Shown here: one piece after another, positions 46,936 through 58,800 of the stretch
Numbering within the stretch: position 1 is the first letter of the stretch
Layout: every line of letters starts with the position of its first letter
Origin: Camelus ferus
Lineage: Eukaryota
Direction: 5' to 3'
Assembly: GCF_009834535.1 (NCBI RefSeq)
Contig: NC_045717.1
Coordinates: 21,390,001 to 21,454,000, forward strand
Length of the DNA: 64,000 nt
Notes under the pieces: model-generated
Databases searched by the model: none
Told to the model about the DNA's origin: nothing
The model's input: only the letters and a program-made list of their open reading frames with translations
Position numbers and translations under genes: made by a program

Positions 46936-47257
46936 GCTCTAGCCAGGGTCTTATGACCATTTCTGGCCAGGAGAATTTGTGAAGAGAGAGCACTCACCCC
47001 TAGGCTAGATCCCTAAAATGGCCCACAGAATATTCTGCTGTCTCCCTCTTTGCTTGTTGGTTGGCGAGATGCAGATTATCCATCTAAAGGCCCCAGAGTT
47101 GCCCTGGGCAAAGCCACAGTCTGGCCTTCTGACTCATCCCAGGGATAGCTGTCACCTTGTTTCAATTGAGATATGAGGGAAAACATTTACTATGTTAAGT
47201 CACTCAGATTCAGGAGTTGTTTGTTAGGGCAGCTAGCATAACTTATACTGACTAATT

Positions 47258-47422
47258 CATTTTATTTTATTTATTTATTTTTCATTCTTTTTTTAAAAGC
47301 TTTCTTTTGGGGGGAGGGAGAAATTAGGTTTATTAATTTTTTTTAATGGATGTACTGGGGATTGAATATAGGACCTTGTGCATGGTGAGCACATGCTCTA
47401 CCACTGAGCTATACGCTTCCCC
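47258..47422 (-). mobile_element. tRNA-Ala-derived camelid SINE, followed by (ATT)n at ~47435-47480
   Basis: gtactggggattgaatataggaccttgtgcatgg...ctctaccactgagctatac. Confidence 0.85.
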
Positions 47423-47819
47423 TAAATTCACTTTATTATAATTATTATTATTATTATCATTATCATTATTATTATTATTATGGCCAGATCAGAATTTCAG
47501 ACTGAACTCAAGGCCTTTTTGGCTGCCCCTATGGTCTGGGCCTAGGGAAAAGATGGGGCTTACAGGGTATTGATAGAAGTCATGACAGAAAAACTTATAC
47601 GTGTTTATATATATTATATATATATCTACATAGAAAACTGTACATGTAAAAATAACTGCAAGGTTGTGACTTTTTGAGTAGGATGAATTGAGCCGAAAGC
47701 CAAGGTCAGCAACGCCTCTAGTCCTGAGGGAGGCCACACTGACGCTGCCTGATAAATCTTGGGTCTGCAGTAGCACTTGAGGTCACACTGGGTCCCCCAA
47801 GCACCTGAGGACTGGAGTC

Positions 47820-50800
47820 CTAGGAGCAGGCCACATAGTTCGGGGGTGAAGGCTCGGAGGCTGGGACGAGGCTGTTCTCATAAGGGTTGGAGTACAGGCC
47901 ATTGGATGAGCCCCCCTGAGCTCCCTGGGAGCCCCCTGAGCTGTAGTCAGTTGAGATGCCAGAGTCAGACACCATGAGGTACAGGTACTTGAGGTGGGGT
48001 GGGGTGGGGGGCAGCTCAGTGGGCAGTGCCCTTGGGCGCAAGAGCTGGGAGCTGGGATCCAGGATGGTGTACTCAAAGCTGGCAGCCGAGGCCCCCTCTG
48101 GCCCAGGCTTCAGGGCCGAAGCGGAGGAGCAAGAGGATGCTTCTGAGGCTTCATCCACAGCTGCTGTGTCCAAACCGCCACCAGGCCGTGGGAGGTCCTC
48201 ACTGGGCAGGCTCCGGGGCAGCAACCATCTGTCCAGCACCAGGTAGGTGTCTCGGGCATGCTGACTGCCCACAGGTTCCAGGAGGGCCCCCTCTTCATCT
48301 GGTCCTGGCTCCCCCACCTGGGTGACCCCCCAGCAGTGCTCAGAGAGGACTTCCAGAGGGGCAGGTGGGTCCTCTGCGAAGGGGGTGCAGGGGCTCCACC
48401 ACAGACAGCCGTCAGTCTGGTACAGCCACAACTGGGGAGACAGCAGCAGCCTGCTCAGAGACCGGGCCTTCAGCCACAGGAGCAGGGAACCCCCAGGCCC
48501 TGAGGGGACAACCGGGCCACCTACCTGGAAGTTACCCTTGTGGGTGGTGAAGAGGCCCTCAAACTCGCTCTCAGGGCTTGGGATGCCAGGCCAGATCTTC
48601 TGTTTCAGAGCCCTGGTGAAGCCAAATGAAATGAGTACTTGGGCATGTGTCCTTGCACATTCATCAGTACCCGTCTCAGCACCAGTCACTGGGTGTGGAT
48701 ACTGAGTCCCTCGTGACTGTGGTGGAGGCAGAGGAGTGAATGGGCTGAGGAACAGGGGCTCTGCCAAAGCATCTGCAAAGCCCTACAGAAGGGCAACTGG
48801 AACAGAGTTTTGAAGGATGCATAGGAGTTCAAATACACTGCTTTATGTCCCCTCTAAAACTGAATCAGGCTTGCCTAAAAGTCTATTACTTCTCTCTTCA
48901 CTCCTTTCTATGGTTCCTCAATGTATTCAGAATAAAATCTAAACCCCTCCCCACAGCCTTGCAGAAGACCCTGCATGATCTGACCTGTCACCTCCCTCAT
49001 TCATCATTCACCACTTCCCCTCACACACTCTGCTCTAGCCATATAGCTTTTCTTGCAGCTGCTTCAGTGTTCCAAGCTCATTCCGTTCTCAGGGCCTTTG
49101 CACTTGCTGTTTCTCCTCCTTGCTTGTCATGTGGCTGCCTCCTTCCAGGCTTCAAGTTTCTGCTATGATGTCACCTCCCAGAGGCTTTCCCTGACTATCC
49201 TCTCATGTCCCCATGCCCCATTTGTTTCTGTGATATCACTCATCACAATTTACAATCAAATATCTGCAAGTTCCCTTATGTATATCTGTCTGACTCAACT
49301 ATGAGATCCACAAGGTCAGGGACATGTCTGGTTTACTCTACACTTTCTCCCCAGTGCCTAGCACATAGTTGGCACTTAATATGTATTTTCCAACCAAGTA
49401 GATGAACAGGGCCTTGAAAGACAAGGAGACTGATTGGCAGACATGGTAGGAAGGAAAATCCAGGCAGAAAGAACAGCATATGCCAAGGGTGGGGGTGTGA
49501 AACCACATGCTATGTACTTGGAGTTTCAAAAGCCTCAGAATTGCTGGTCATATCATAAAGCGCCTGAGGAGCTTGACAACGGGGCAGGAGGCACTTGGGG
49601 TTAAATTGTTCCATTAAGCCCATCTGGTTGATTTTACAGAAGTTGATGAAATTGGGAAAAGGAATCCAAGAATCCAAGAAGAGATTCTTGGATTCCCAAG
49701 GAATCCAGGAAGGGGCAGTCACTGAGGTAGGAGGAAAACCAGGTGAAATTATGCCCAAGAGTGGAGGATTTTAACTAAGAGTCTGGGTCTGACCTGGCTT
49801 GCATCCTAGCCCTGCCACTGACTCCTCATCGTGTGACCTTGAGCAAGTGCCTGCCCCTTTCTGCCTAGTTTCCACACGGAAAGGGGAACGTTGGTGAGGA
49901 GTCCAAGACAGGTGCCTGAATGGGGCGCTCACCGGCGGTGGGAGAGCAGGGCGAGCACGGCCAGCAGCAGCAGGATGAGCACGAGGATGAGGGAGAGCGT
50001 CAGGATGAGGGGGTCCAAGTCTGGGGAGCAGGGAAGAGGTCAGGGTGATGAGCTTGCCTCGTGCTCGGTCCAGCCCCTCCTACACCCCTGCCTGGGGTCT
50101 CACCACTAGCGGTCAGCAGCGACGCAGGCTCAGACCAGGCGCTCCAGAAGCCACCGAAGCTCGGCTCGGCCATACGCGCGCGTACCATGAACGTGTAGCG
50201 CGTTCCGCCGCGCAGGTTGCTCAGCACGCATTCAGTGCGGCCATCGAGGATCTCCACCTGGGAGCGAGGCCGGAGTAAGAGGCGTGGTAGGCAAAGAAGG
50301 GTACGTGGTGGGTGGGCCCTGAGGGACGGAACCAGTCAGAAAGAAAGAATCTAGCCGAAGCATGGGGAGGCGGGTAATAAAAGCAGGAAGTAGAGCCCGG
50401 GAAGGCTCAGTGCCAATCAGGACGGGGCCCCAGGTAGCTGGGGGCGGACTCGGGCTATTTGCCGGGCCAGAGTACACAGGGGGCGGGGCTCTGGAGAGGT
50501 CTAGGGTTTGGGACAAGGGGATGAGACTGAGTCCAGGTGGACTGGGGAAGGGGTACATTGGGAAAGGGGACAAGTCGGTGGATGTGGAGCTGCCTCGGCG
50601 GCACGTGGAAGGGCGAGGCCATGGGAGTGGGGCTGTGGTGACCGTCTGGTTGGGACTTAGAGGGGCTGTCGACCCGAGCCTTTGGCGATAGGCAGTAGAA
50701 TTAGGGCCTCACCCTCTGCGAGCCCCCTGCGGCGTTCTCTGCCGAGATGTTCACCTCGTAGCGGATAAGACTCGCCATGGGTGCCCCAGGCGGCGGAAGC

Positions 50801-52572
50801 CAGCGCAGTACTACGTGGCCGCCCTCATCGGCTCGCCGCGCCAGCAGTTCAGCGGGAGGGTCTAGGAGCACTGCGGAGAGGGGTTACTCAGGTAGGCGGA
50901 GACTGGGACCCCCTTTCGATCACTCCTCCATTCTCAACGCACTTACCCACTTCGTTGATGTGGATAATACGGTGATAGCGTGGAGCTCCCGAGGAGGCAG
51001 CAATGACGCGCAGCTCTAGGGGCACGAAGCTCGACGTATCGGCTGTAGGCAGCGAGCACCAGAAACGCACCAAACCGCGGGCCGTGGACGCCTGATGCAA
51101 GCGGCACGGCTTCCACGGCTCACCCCTGTTAGCCGAGGAACCAGCGAGGGATGGGATCAAGATGGGTGGTATTGCCCAGGACCGAGGATGCGTTCTGGAC
51201 ACTACAACCAGGGGGCATCGCAGCCCCTACATAGGCGATCCCTTAGTCCTGATTTGTAGCAGTAATGTCCCAGCCCTGAAGTTTGAAGTCGGGCTCCACC
51301 AGTAATCACGGGAGTGTTCCAGCCCGGGCCACTAGTGGGCGTGTCTGCCCTGACCCCGCAGGATTCCCACTAGGAACCAGCAGCGGAGGTGCGATCCTGC
51401 CCCTAGCACCAGGAGATGTCCCAAAGTGCAGGCTCTGGGGAGCTCTGCCCGGCCCGCTCGCCCTCTCCACCCTTGGGGCGCTCCACCTGCCCCGTCGGAC
51501 TCACTCCAGTTGGTAGGAGAAATTGTAGTCAGCCGGACCGACCCCGGCTCTTGCCGACTCCTCCCAGAAACACACCAAGTCCTCTAACCGCTCCGTGAAG
51601 CACAGAAGCTCTTCGGGCCCGCGGGCTGCCAGTAGGGCCGCTAGGGGTGAGGGCCAGGGGAAGGGGGCGGTCAGGGGACCCGGGCCCGGTTCTCGGGCAA
51701 CATCATCCTCCCGTCTCCTGCCGCCTGTGCGAACCGATAAGAAAAAAAGCCCCGCCCCGCTCTCTACCCAGGCGGTACTCTTCGAAGGGTAGGGTGAAGT
51801 GTTGCCCCCCGAACTCCCAAGTTCAGGCTGCGTGTCTCACTGTCCCGCCCCGCACCCCGCTCCTGCCCACCCCGCGACGGGCTGAGCTGAGAGCAACATT
51901 CAAGGCCTCCGCGTCCCACTGCCGGCCCCGCCCCAGCCCTGGACAGGCGTACGAGTGAGTGTGTGCAGGAGGAGGGGCCCCCTATCGGCCCCGGCAGGCT
52001 CCCGGCCTCCCGATAGCGCCAACCGTGCCCCCCGCCACCCTCCCTCAACCCGGCGGACCCATGGATCTGGCGCCCGCACACAACCATGTTTACAGTCTCC
52101 TGAGTCCTGGCCCCTCTACACGGACCCGGGTTTATTTTCCTTCCCCCACTGTAGGGTCGGCCAGGTATCCTCCCCTCAAGGACTCTAGACTGCAGGGCCT
52201 GGACTCAGCACCACCCCTGCCCCATTTAGGGTTTAGCATGTCCCAGGCTCCCTGAAAAGATAAAAGAGGACTCATGTCCCTCTCTAGCTTCTCCCCCAGA
52301 ACCCAGTCTGAGAATATAGACCCCAGTCTCCCATGTCAGGTGCCAGTCTAGGGGTTCAAACACCAGCTTCGCTCCCAGGACAGACTGGAGGTTCAGAACC
52401 TGTCATGCCCCCCAGGACCCAGTGTGGGGGGGGGTCCACATTCAGCTCCATCCTTACCTTTGCTTTCAAATTTGGGATCCTGTGGGTTGGGTGGGGGAGC
52501 CCAGGCTGCCCCAGCGAGCAGGAGGCAGAGTGAGCCAACTCCAGGACAGAGGGACGCCCTGAGGTGATCCAT
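47820..52572 (-). CDS. EPOR: Erythropoietin receptor, 509 aa
   Basis: Exons 52572-52458, 51640-51505, 51125-50947, 50870-50713, 50257-50104, 50020-49933, 48612-48525 and 48431-47820 sum to 1530 nt. Signal peptide, WSAWS motif, TM helix, Box1 (WPGIPSP) and all distal cytoplasmic Tyr motifs (DTYLVL, FEYTIL, KYLYL, DYSS, YSNPY, YVACS) are present. Confidence 0.99.
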
Positions 52573-52739
52573 GATGCAGCCCCTGCCACGGGGGTGGGGT
52601 GGGGGTGGGGGCACAGGACTCCTGCCCCACCTTCTTCCACCCCTGGCACAGTCCACAGCTGGGTCAGCAGCTGCCTCCGCCGGACACAGCTGACCAGGCC
52701 CTTCCCGGCCAGGCGCCTCCAAGTGGAAGCTCCTCCGAG

Positions 52740-52791
52740 GGGGTGGGACCAGCAGGCAGCCTGGGCTGAGATAAGAGGGAGGCAGCCGCCC
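52740..52791 (-). promoter_or_regulatory. EPOR: EPOR proximal promoter: GATA site with GT/CACCC box and GC box
   Basis: AGATAA at 52769-52774, GGGGTGGGA at 52740-52748 and CCGCCC at 52786-52791, about 170-220 nt upstream of the ATG. Confidence 0.75.
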
Positions 52792-53124
52792 AGCCTGGCT
52801 AGAGGGCTGGGGCCCTCCAGGGTTCTGAAGCCCCTTGGGGGGAAGGGGGCAGGAACAGCTCTGTTTTCTGCTGCAGACACAGTTTCTTGCTGTGTGACCC
52901 TAGACAGGTGACTTACCTTATCTGAACTTCAGCTTTCTCATCTGTAAAACCTGGCTTGGCACATAGCAAACATTCCAAAAATGTAAGGTACTGATATTAT
53001 CATACTGATCAACATCTCTTCCCAGTCTGTGTAGGAAAATAATACTTCTAATAGTGAGTGGCAGTTGAGTGTGAAATGCCAGGCAGTGTTGCCAGATGGT
53101 GTGTGTGAATGAGCCTGTATTTGT

Positions 53125-53364
53125 TTGGTTTCTTTCAGTTTTTTTTTTTTAATGGAGGTACTGGAGATTGAACCCAGGACCTCGTGCATGCGCTCTACCA
53201 CTGAGCTATACCCACCCCAAATATTTTATTTAGTTTGTGGGTTTTTTGGGGTGGAGGTAATTAGGTTTATTTATTTAGTTGTTTTAACAGAGGTTCTGAG
53301 GATTGAACCCAGGACCTCGTGCATGCTAAACATGTACTCTAACCACTGAGCATATCCTCCCCCC
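53125..53364 (-). mobile_element. Head-to-tail SINE dimer within a single 14-bp TSD
   Basis: Units at 53364-53219 and 53218-53125; GAGCCTGTATTTGT at 53111-53124 and 53365-53378. Confidence 0.85.
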
Positions 53365-54232
53365 GAGCCTGTATTTGTAAAATTACACATATTCTGGAGT
53401 GTGAGATTTCATTTGTGATTTTTTGGAAAAAGTTGTTGTTGTTATTGTTGTTTACTGCTTACATTTGTATACTCAGGATTTTATTTTACAAAGAGTGTGC
53501 AGTTCTTTTGATAATCTGGAAAGTATAAAGCAAGCCATAAAAGCTTTTTGCTTGGGCTGAGCTTAAACTGGGGGGATAGAGGTACATGCCTCGGGGACCG
53601 ATGAATACCTACCTCACTGCTTCAGACTGCCAATAAGAGAGCACCATTCCCTGGAGCACAGTGATTGGTTCAGGGTGGGCATGTGACCCAAATTGATTCC
53701 GTGAGTTTCCATCCTGGGACTTTCCCTGGAGTTACTAGGAAAAGGGATGCCATTTTCTGTTGGGTAATGAGGCAGGTAGATGGCGTAGCCAGAGACATCT
53801 TGGCCATTAGGAGGGAAGAAATTGCCTGATAATGAAGCTCACATGGGCTTCTGCACTGTCTGTTCCCTCTACCTGGAAGGCTCTTCCTCTAAATATCTGC
53901 AGGGCTCACTCCTTGACTTTATTCAGGCCTCTGACTAAATGTCACCTTCTCAGTGACGTTCTCCTTGATAACCTTACTTAAAATAGAAAACCTCTCACCC
54001 CACACTCCCCACTGGCCTTTAAATGGCTTATTTATTTATGTATTTTTGCATTCCCTGTACTTATTATATCTAAATTACTTAATTCTCCCTAGTCTCTGTT
54101 TTTCATTTATTAAATAGGTATGATAATGACGCCTCCTCCATAGGTCTATTATGAGGATTATGAGATAGATTATGTCAAGTTCTGAGAACACGCCTGGCAC
54201 ATAGTAAGCACTAAGTAAGGATAGCAATTATT

Positions 54233-54345
54233 TGCTTAGCGTGCTTGAGATCCTGGGTTCAATCCCCAGTACCTCCGTTAAAAACAAACAAACAAACAAA
54301 CAAACAAACAAACAAACCTGCGTTACCTCCCCCACCCCCTACCCC
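54233..54345 (+). mobile_element. 5'-truncated camelid SINE with a (CAAA)n expansion
   Basis: tcctgggttcaatccccagtacctccgttaaaaacaaacaaac...gttacctccccc. Confidence 0.85.
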
Positions 54346-55801
54346 CCAAAATAGGCATTTATTTCTTGCTTTTGTAACAATCCAAGTAGCAGCAATAAAA
54401 TATGGCTGCTCCCTGGTCTCAGAGAGCCATGATTCTTCCAGTTTGTGGCTATTATTCAGAGGGTATGAACCACCCAGTCCAAGATGATCCATTCCATGTC
54501 TTCATTCTAACCAACAAGAGGCAGAAAAGGGGGAAGGAGAGGACACATCACTTCTCTTTAAGAGGCAGGACCTTGTATTTACCCACATCCTTCCCCTTTA
54601 CATCTCATTGGCCCAGACTTAGTCATATGACCACATTTTGCTGCAAGGGAGACTGGAAATGTGGTTTTTACTGGGGGTGGTCAGCTAAAAATCAGTGGTT
54701 CTATTACTATAGAAGAAGGTGATAGTGTTTGGGGGAAACAATGGACAGTCTCATCATCAGAACAAATCGGAGCCGAGAGATTTTGTTACAAAGTCCTAGT
54801 GACATCTTTTGAGTCCCTGGATCCAACTGTGCCTGAAGCTGGACCCATGGAAATTTTCGATTACACAAGCATTAATTTCATTTTTTTTCCCACATACCTC
54901 TTTGAATTGGGTTTTTGACAACTTGAAACAGAAAGAACTCTGCTTAATACAGTTAGATATAAAGGCCTTAGCTGATGTCAAGCAGAGTGGGAGTTCATAA
55001 GTGGGTATTATTATTGTTGTTACTGTTGTTGTTATGGCTGTTGCAGGGTCCTGCAGCTCACTTCGACTGTGCCTTCTCCACCTGTTTTTCAATCTACTGC
55101 AGTACTGCTAGCTCACCCCTCTCCTTTCATCCTCACAGCCCTTATTGACTCATGGGTGATGATCTTATTTGTTTCTGATTCCTGTGGAATTTTGTTTTTT
55201 TACTCTTCCATATACATGACAGAAAGGAAGCATTTCACCCCAACAATGTTGGGGGGGTCCTGAATCCTCTATGTGTGACAGAGAACGCCCCCCTCCCCCC
55301 CCCCCGGTGTCTAGTCATGTCTCACCCAACCTTTTTCTTAGGGCTTTTAGTTTTTCTTTTCTTTTCTTAAATTTTTTTATCCTGATGAACAGTGAACATG
55401 GTGTACAGGCGCAGAACAAACAAGACTGACTTCTGTTTCATAACTTTGGTCACTATTTTCATCCACTTCTGTCACTTCTGATGTGTCTCCAACAGTTACA
55501 AGATTTCTCTGGGGAAGGGTCTGACCCCTGACCGCCTACCCCTGTCTATGTCTATGGGCTGAAGCTCTGCAGTTACCCCATGGGCTGATGTCTTTGGAAC
55601 AGAGATCCAGTGCCAAGAGGGTCAGAGTGATGGGGTCCGATAAAGTCGGGGGGTGGTTTACAGGGTGCAGAGAGAGCACAATGGCCTATACTGGAGAATA
55701 GGAGCTTTCCAGAGAGGAGCCCCCTCCCCTGCCCCCTGATGATGGAAGCCAGGTCCCTTGCTGCCCATGGGCCCATTTCCTGGAGGGAGGGGAGGGCCAC
55801 C

Positions 55802-58800
55802 TCAGGTCGGGGAGTTTGAGGTTGTATGCTGGGTCCTCTCCTTTCGCCGCAGCACGAAGTCTCCCGGAGCGGCTGGGCTCATGGCGTAGAAGACATTGGC
55901 ATTGTCAGGAATTGGGAGCTCTGGCCAGGCATGGAGAGGATGGTGAAAGGCCCACACAGCCCCACACTTCCCCGCAAAGGACTTACATAAACTTCCACCA
56001 TTCACTCTGGAGACTGAACCACCTTGGGTCCCTCCAGCCAGTGCTCAGCCAACCTCATCCTCCTCTCACTGGGAAACTGGACAGCTTCCCATTCGAAGCC
56101 TGTACAACTTCTTTGACTTGGAACCTGGGCAACCTCCTGCTATTTCCCTCAGGGTCTAGACAACCTGCACTGCGAGCTTAAGCAAACTCAGGCCACCCAT
56201 CCCAGTCAACTTCCTTCTCACCCCACCCTTTCTCCCTGCAGCCAGTTCCCAGCAAAGTTCATGCCACCCTCAGTCTTTCACTCCAGAGGGCTGAGCCTGA
56301 ACAACCTCATAATTCTACAGATTTAAGCCCAGACAACCTTCTACCCTCCCTCTTCCATTTGACCCTGGACAATCTCATTTTCCCATAAATCCTAGGAAGA
56401 CATTTTTAGTGCCCGCTTCCCTCACACTGAACCAGGACAACCCTCTGACCCCGCATACCAATATTTTTCTTCCTCTAATCCTGGAGCCTGCTTCATCTGA
56501 TCCCTACTCTGTGCCCAGAACCACCCTGGTCAGTCTGCCGCCCTCCCAGATGCCCCCTAGCCCGGGCTCTAAGCTGTCCCTGCTCACCCCTGTCCCCAGG
56601 AAGGACTTGGAATAGCTGGTAGTCACGGGCCCAAGACTGGGCCACATTGTGCTTTTCCAAGGCTCGCTGTACCACGATGGGGGCCTTGTCCTGACTAGTG
56701 AGCTGGGAAGAGAGGGTGGGAGGTGAGTTATTATGGCCTAAGCCCCCAGGGCAGGGCTGCCCCCAGTGGGTCCCAGGCCCAGCCTCTCACCAAGATGCTC
56801 CGATACAGATTCCCGTGGTCGTTGTCCATGCTGACGCGGATGATGCGGGCTTCTGAGCCCTGCTGCCCCGAGAAGGGGATGTGAAGGCCACTCAAAGGCA
56901 AGGCCAGAGACCGGGGGCCTGACAGGTCCGGACTCAGGGGTAGCTGTAGGCAGTGGGGGTGGGGGCTGAGCGGTGAGAGCATGAGGCCCCTCCCTCACTG
57001 TATTAAACACACCTTCCCCCACATCCCAAGCCTGGGGACATGAAATCAGGGAACATACAAACACAAGCCCACATCTTTGCCATCCCATTGCATACAGACT
57101 TTTATGCCCAAATTCACACATGACCCATGTTCACACACAAACAACTCTGTGTGCCCAGAGAGCAGTGAGTACACACATATGTTCACAATTGTTGTATGTG
57201 CACAAGTCCATGTCCACGAACTACCCTGCACATGGTGCCATGGATGTTGTGGGAATTTATGCCCACATCTCCCATCTAGGTATGCTGGAGACACACATAT
57301 CCTTGCAAAAGTGTGTGATTGCACCCCAGAGGGCCACTGTGGGCAAGTGGAAGCTCTGGTGCAAATTTAAGCATAATGGATGGACAATCCCCCAAGCAGG
57401 GCCACGGAGAGGCACAGGGCCTCCCAGATAGACATCCAGGGTGCTTAGACAACTGTGTGTACAGTCTCCTGGGTATATACCTGGCCCCAAAATCCTGTGT
57501 ATGGACACACACACACACACACACAGCCCTGGGTCCCTGCAGTCCCATATGAACACACAGTCCTGGTACCTTGGTGCTGGGGCCCTGAGGCCCTGGAGAG
57601 GCTGGAGGACTGCCAGGAGGAGGGTCCTTGATTCTAGGACTGGATGGGGGGGACGCTGGGGACAGACTGGGGAAGACACAGAATTGAAGGTGGAATGGTT
57701 GCCCTGATCTCTGACCCTGCCATTTGCAATCCCTTCACCAAACGGGATGCTCACCTGGAGGTGGAGAATGAGGGGTCCCCGGAACTTCCCCCAGGGGATG
57801 AGCCTCTCTCTCGGGACAGCTTCCTGAGAATAGGGACAGGGGTTGAGGCTGAGGCTAGACCCAGTGCCAGGAGCGGCCCCCATTTCTGCCCACATCACCA
57901 CCCCACCACACACTCCCTGAGACTCACGCACTGAGGCGCTTGGTGAGGCTGATTCGCCGCCGGATGCGTGGGGAGCTAGGACAGGAGGCAGCCGGCGGCT
58001 CAATGACACGGGAGATGCGGTAACTGAGGGGTCAAGATCCAGGTGGGGTGGGTGGGTTGGGAAATGAGAATTAGAATCAGTCAGGAGCTGGGTTTTGGGT
58101 ATATGTTGCAGGGAGCAGCCAGGGACTGGGCAACAAATGTCAAGGTCAGGGTAACAAATGAAATCATTACAGCATCAGGGTCGTTGTCTCAGGGATGCAA
58201 TGAGATGGCTGGGTTGGCAGGTCACATGGGGATTCACAGAGCGGGACTGAGGAGTCAAATTGGGGCAAGGATAGAATTCAAGGTCAGATAATTACTGGGA
58301 TTAATGGTTAGGGTCATAGATTCAATAGAATGAAAGGAAACCACTGGGACATTTGGGCTGGGTGGTCTGACCTGGAGCCACAGTCAAATATACGTCAAAG
58401 TTAGAGTCAGTTGTTCAGAACTGGGAGTCAATGATTAGACTCAGAGAGTCAGATGGAGGTCATGAGTGTGGTCAAGAGTCAAGTAGGATCAGAGATGTGG
58501 AACAGAATGGTTGAGTAGAATGGTCAGCCTCCCATTAAAAGGTTGAAGTTGGAATGTCAGATGGGGTCAGAGTTCGAGATCAGAAGTTGACTGAGGGGAT
58601 TCAGGGTTCAGGAGGGGGTCTTAGGAGGAGCTGGAGAGGTGCGTGGGGTAGGTGTGATCCAAGGTTGGCCGGTGAGGGGGTCGGGCCAGGCTGCGGGCTG
58701 GTCACCTCTGCTCCTCACTGAGCTGGTGCTGAGTGCGCAGGGCAGCCAGGATGGGCAGGCAGGGGTTCAGGCAGTAATTCTGACAGCGCCTCTGCAGCTG

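Noticed and set aside
47820-48431. Possible EPOR C-terminal truncation of the erythrocytosis type as a hypoxia adaptation
   Set aside because: Exon 8 is full length (612 nt) with all distal tyrosine motifs.
51205-51218. CTCF-like CAACCAGGGGGCAT in EPOR intron 2 (also GGCGAGGGGGCGCC at ~14618)
   Set aside because: Mismatches at core positions; not distinguishable from chance in GC-rich DNA without ChIP data.
52205-52212. RE1 left half-site TCAGCACC in EPOR intron 1
   Set aside because: No GGACAG right half at a plausible spacing.
55238-55254. 8-bp inverted repeat CCCCAACA-A-TGTTGGGG
   Set aside because: Too short, the loop is impossible for a hairpin, and it is expected by chance.
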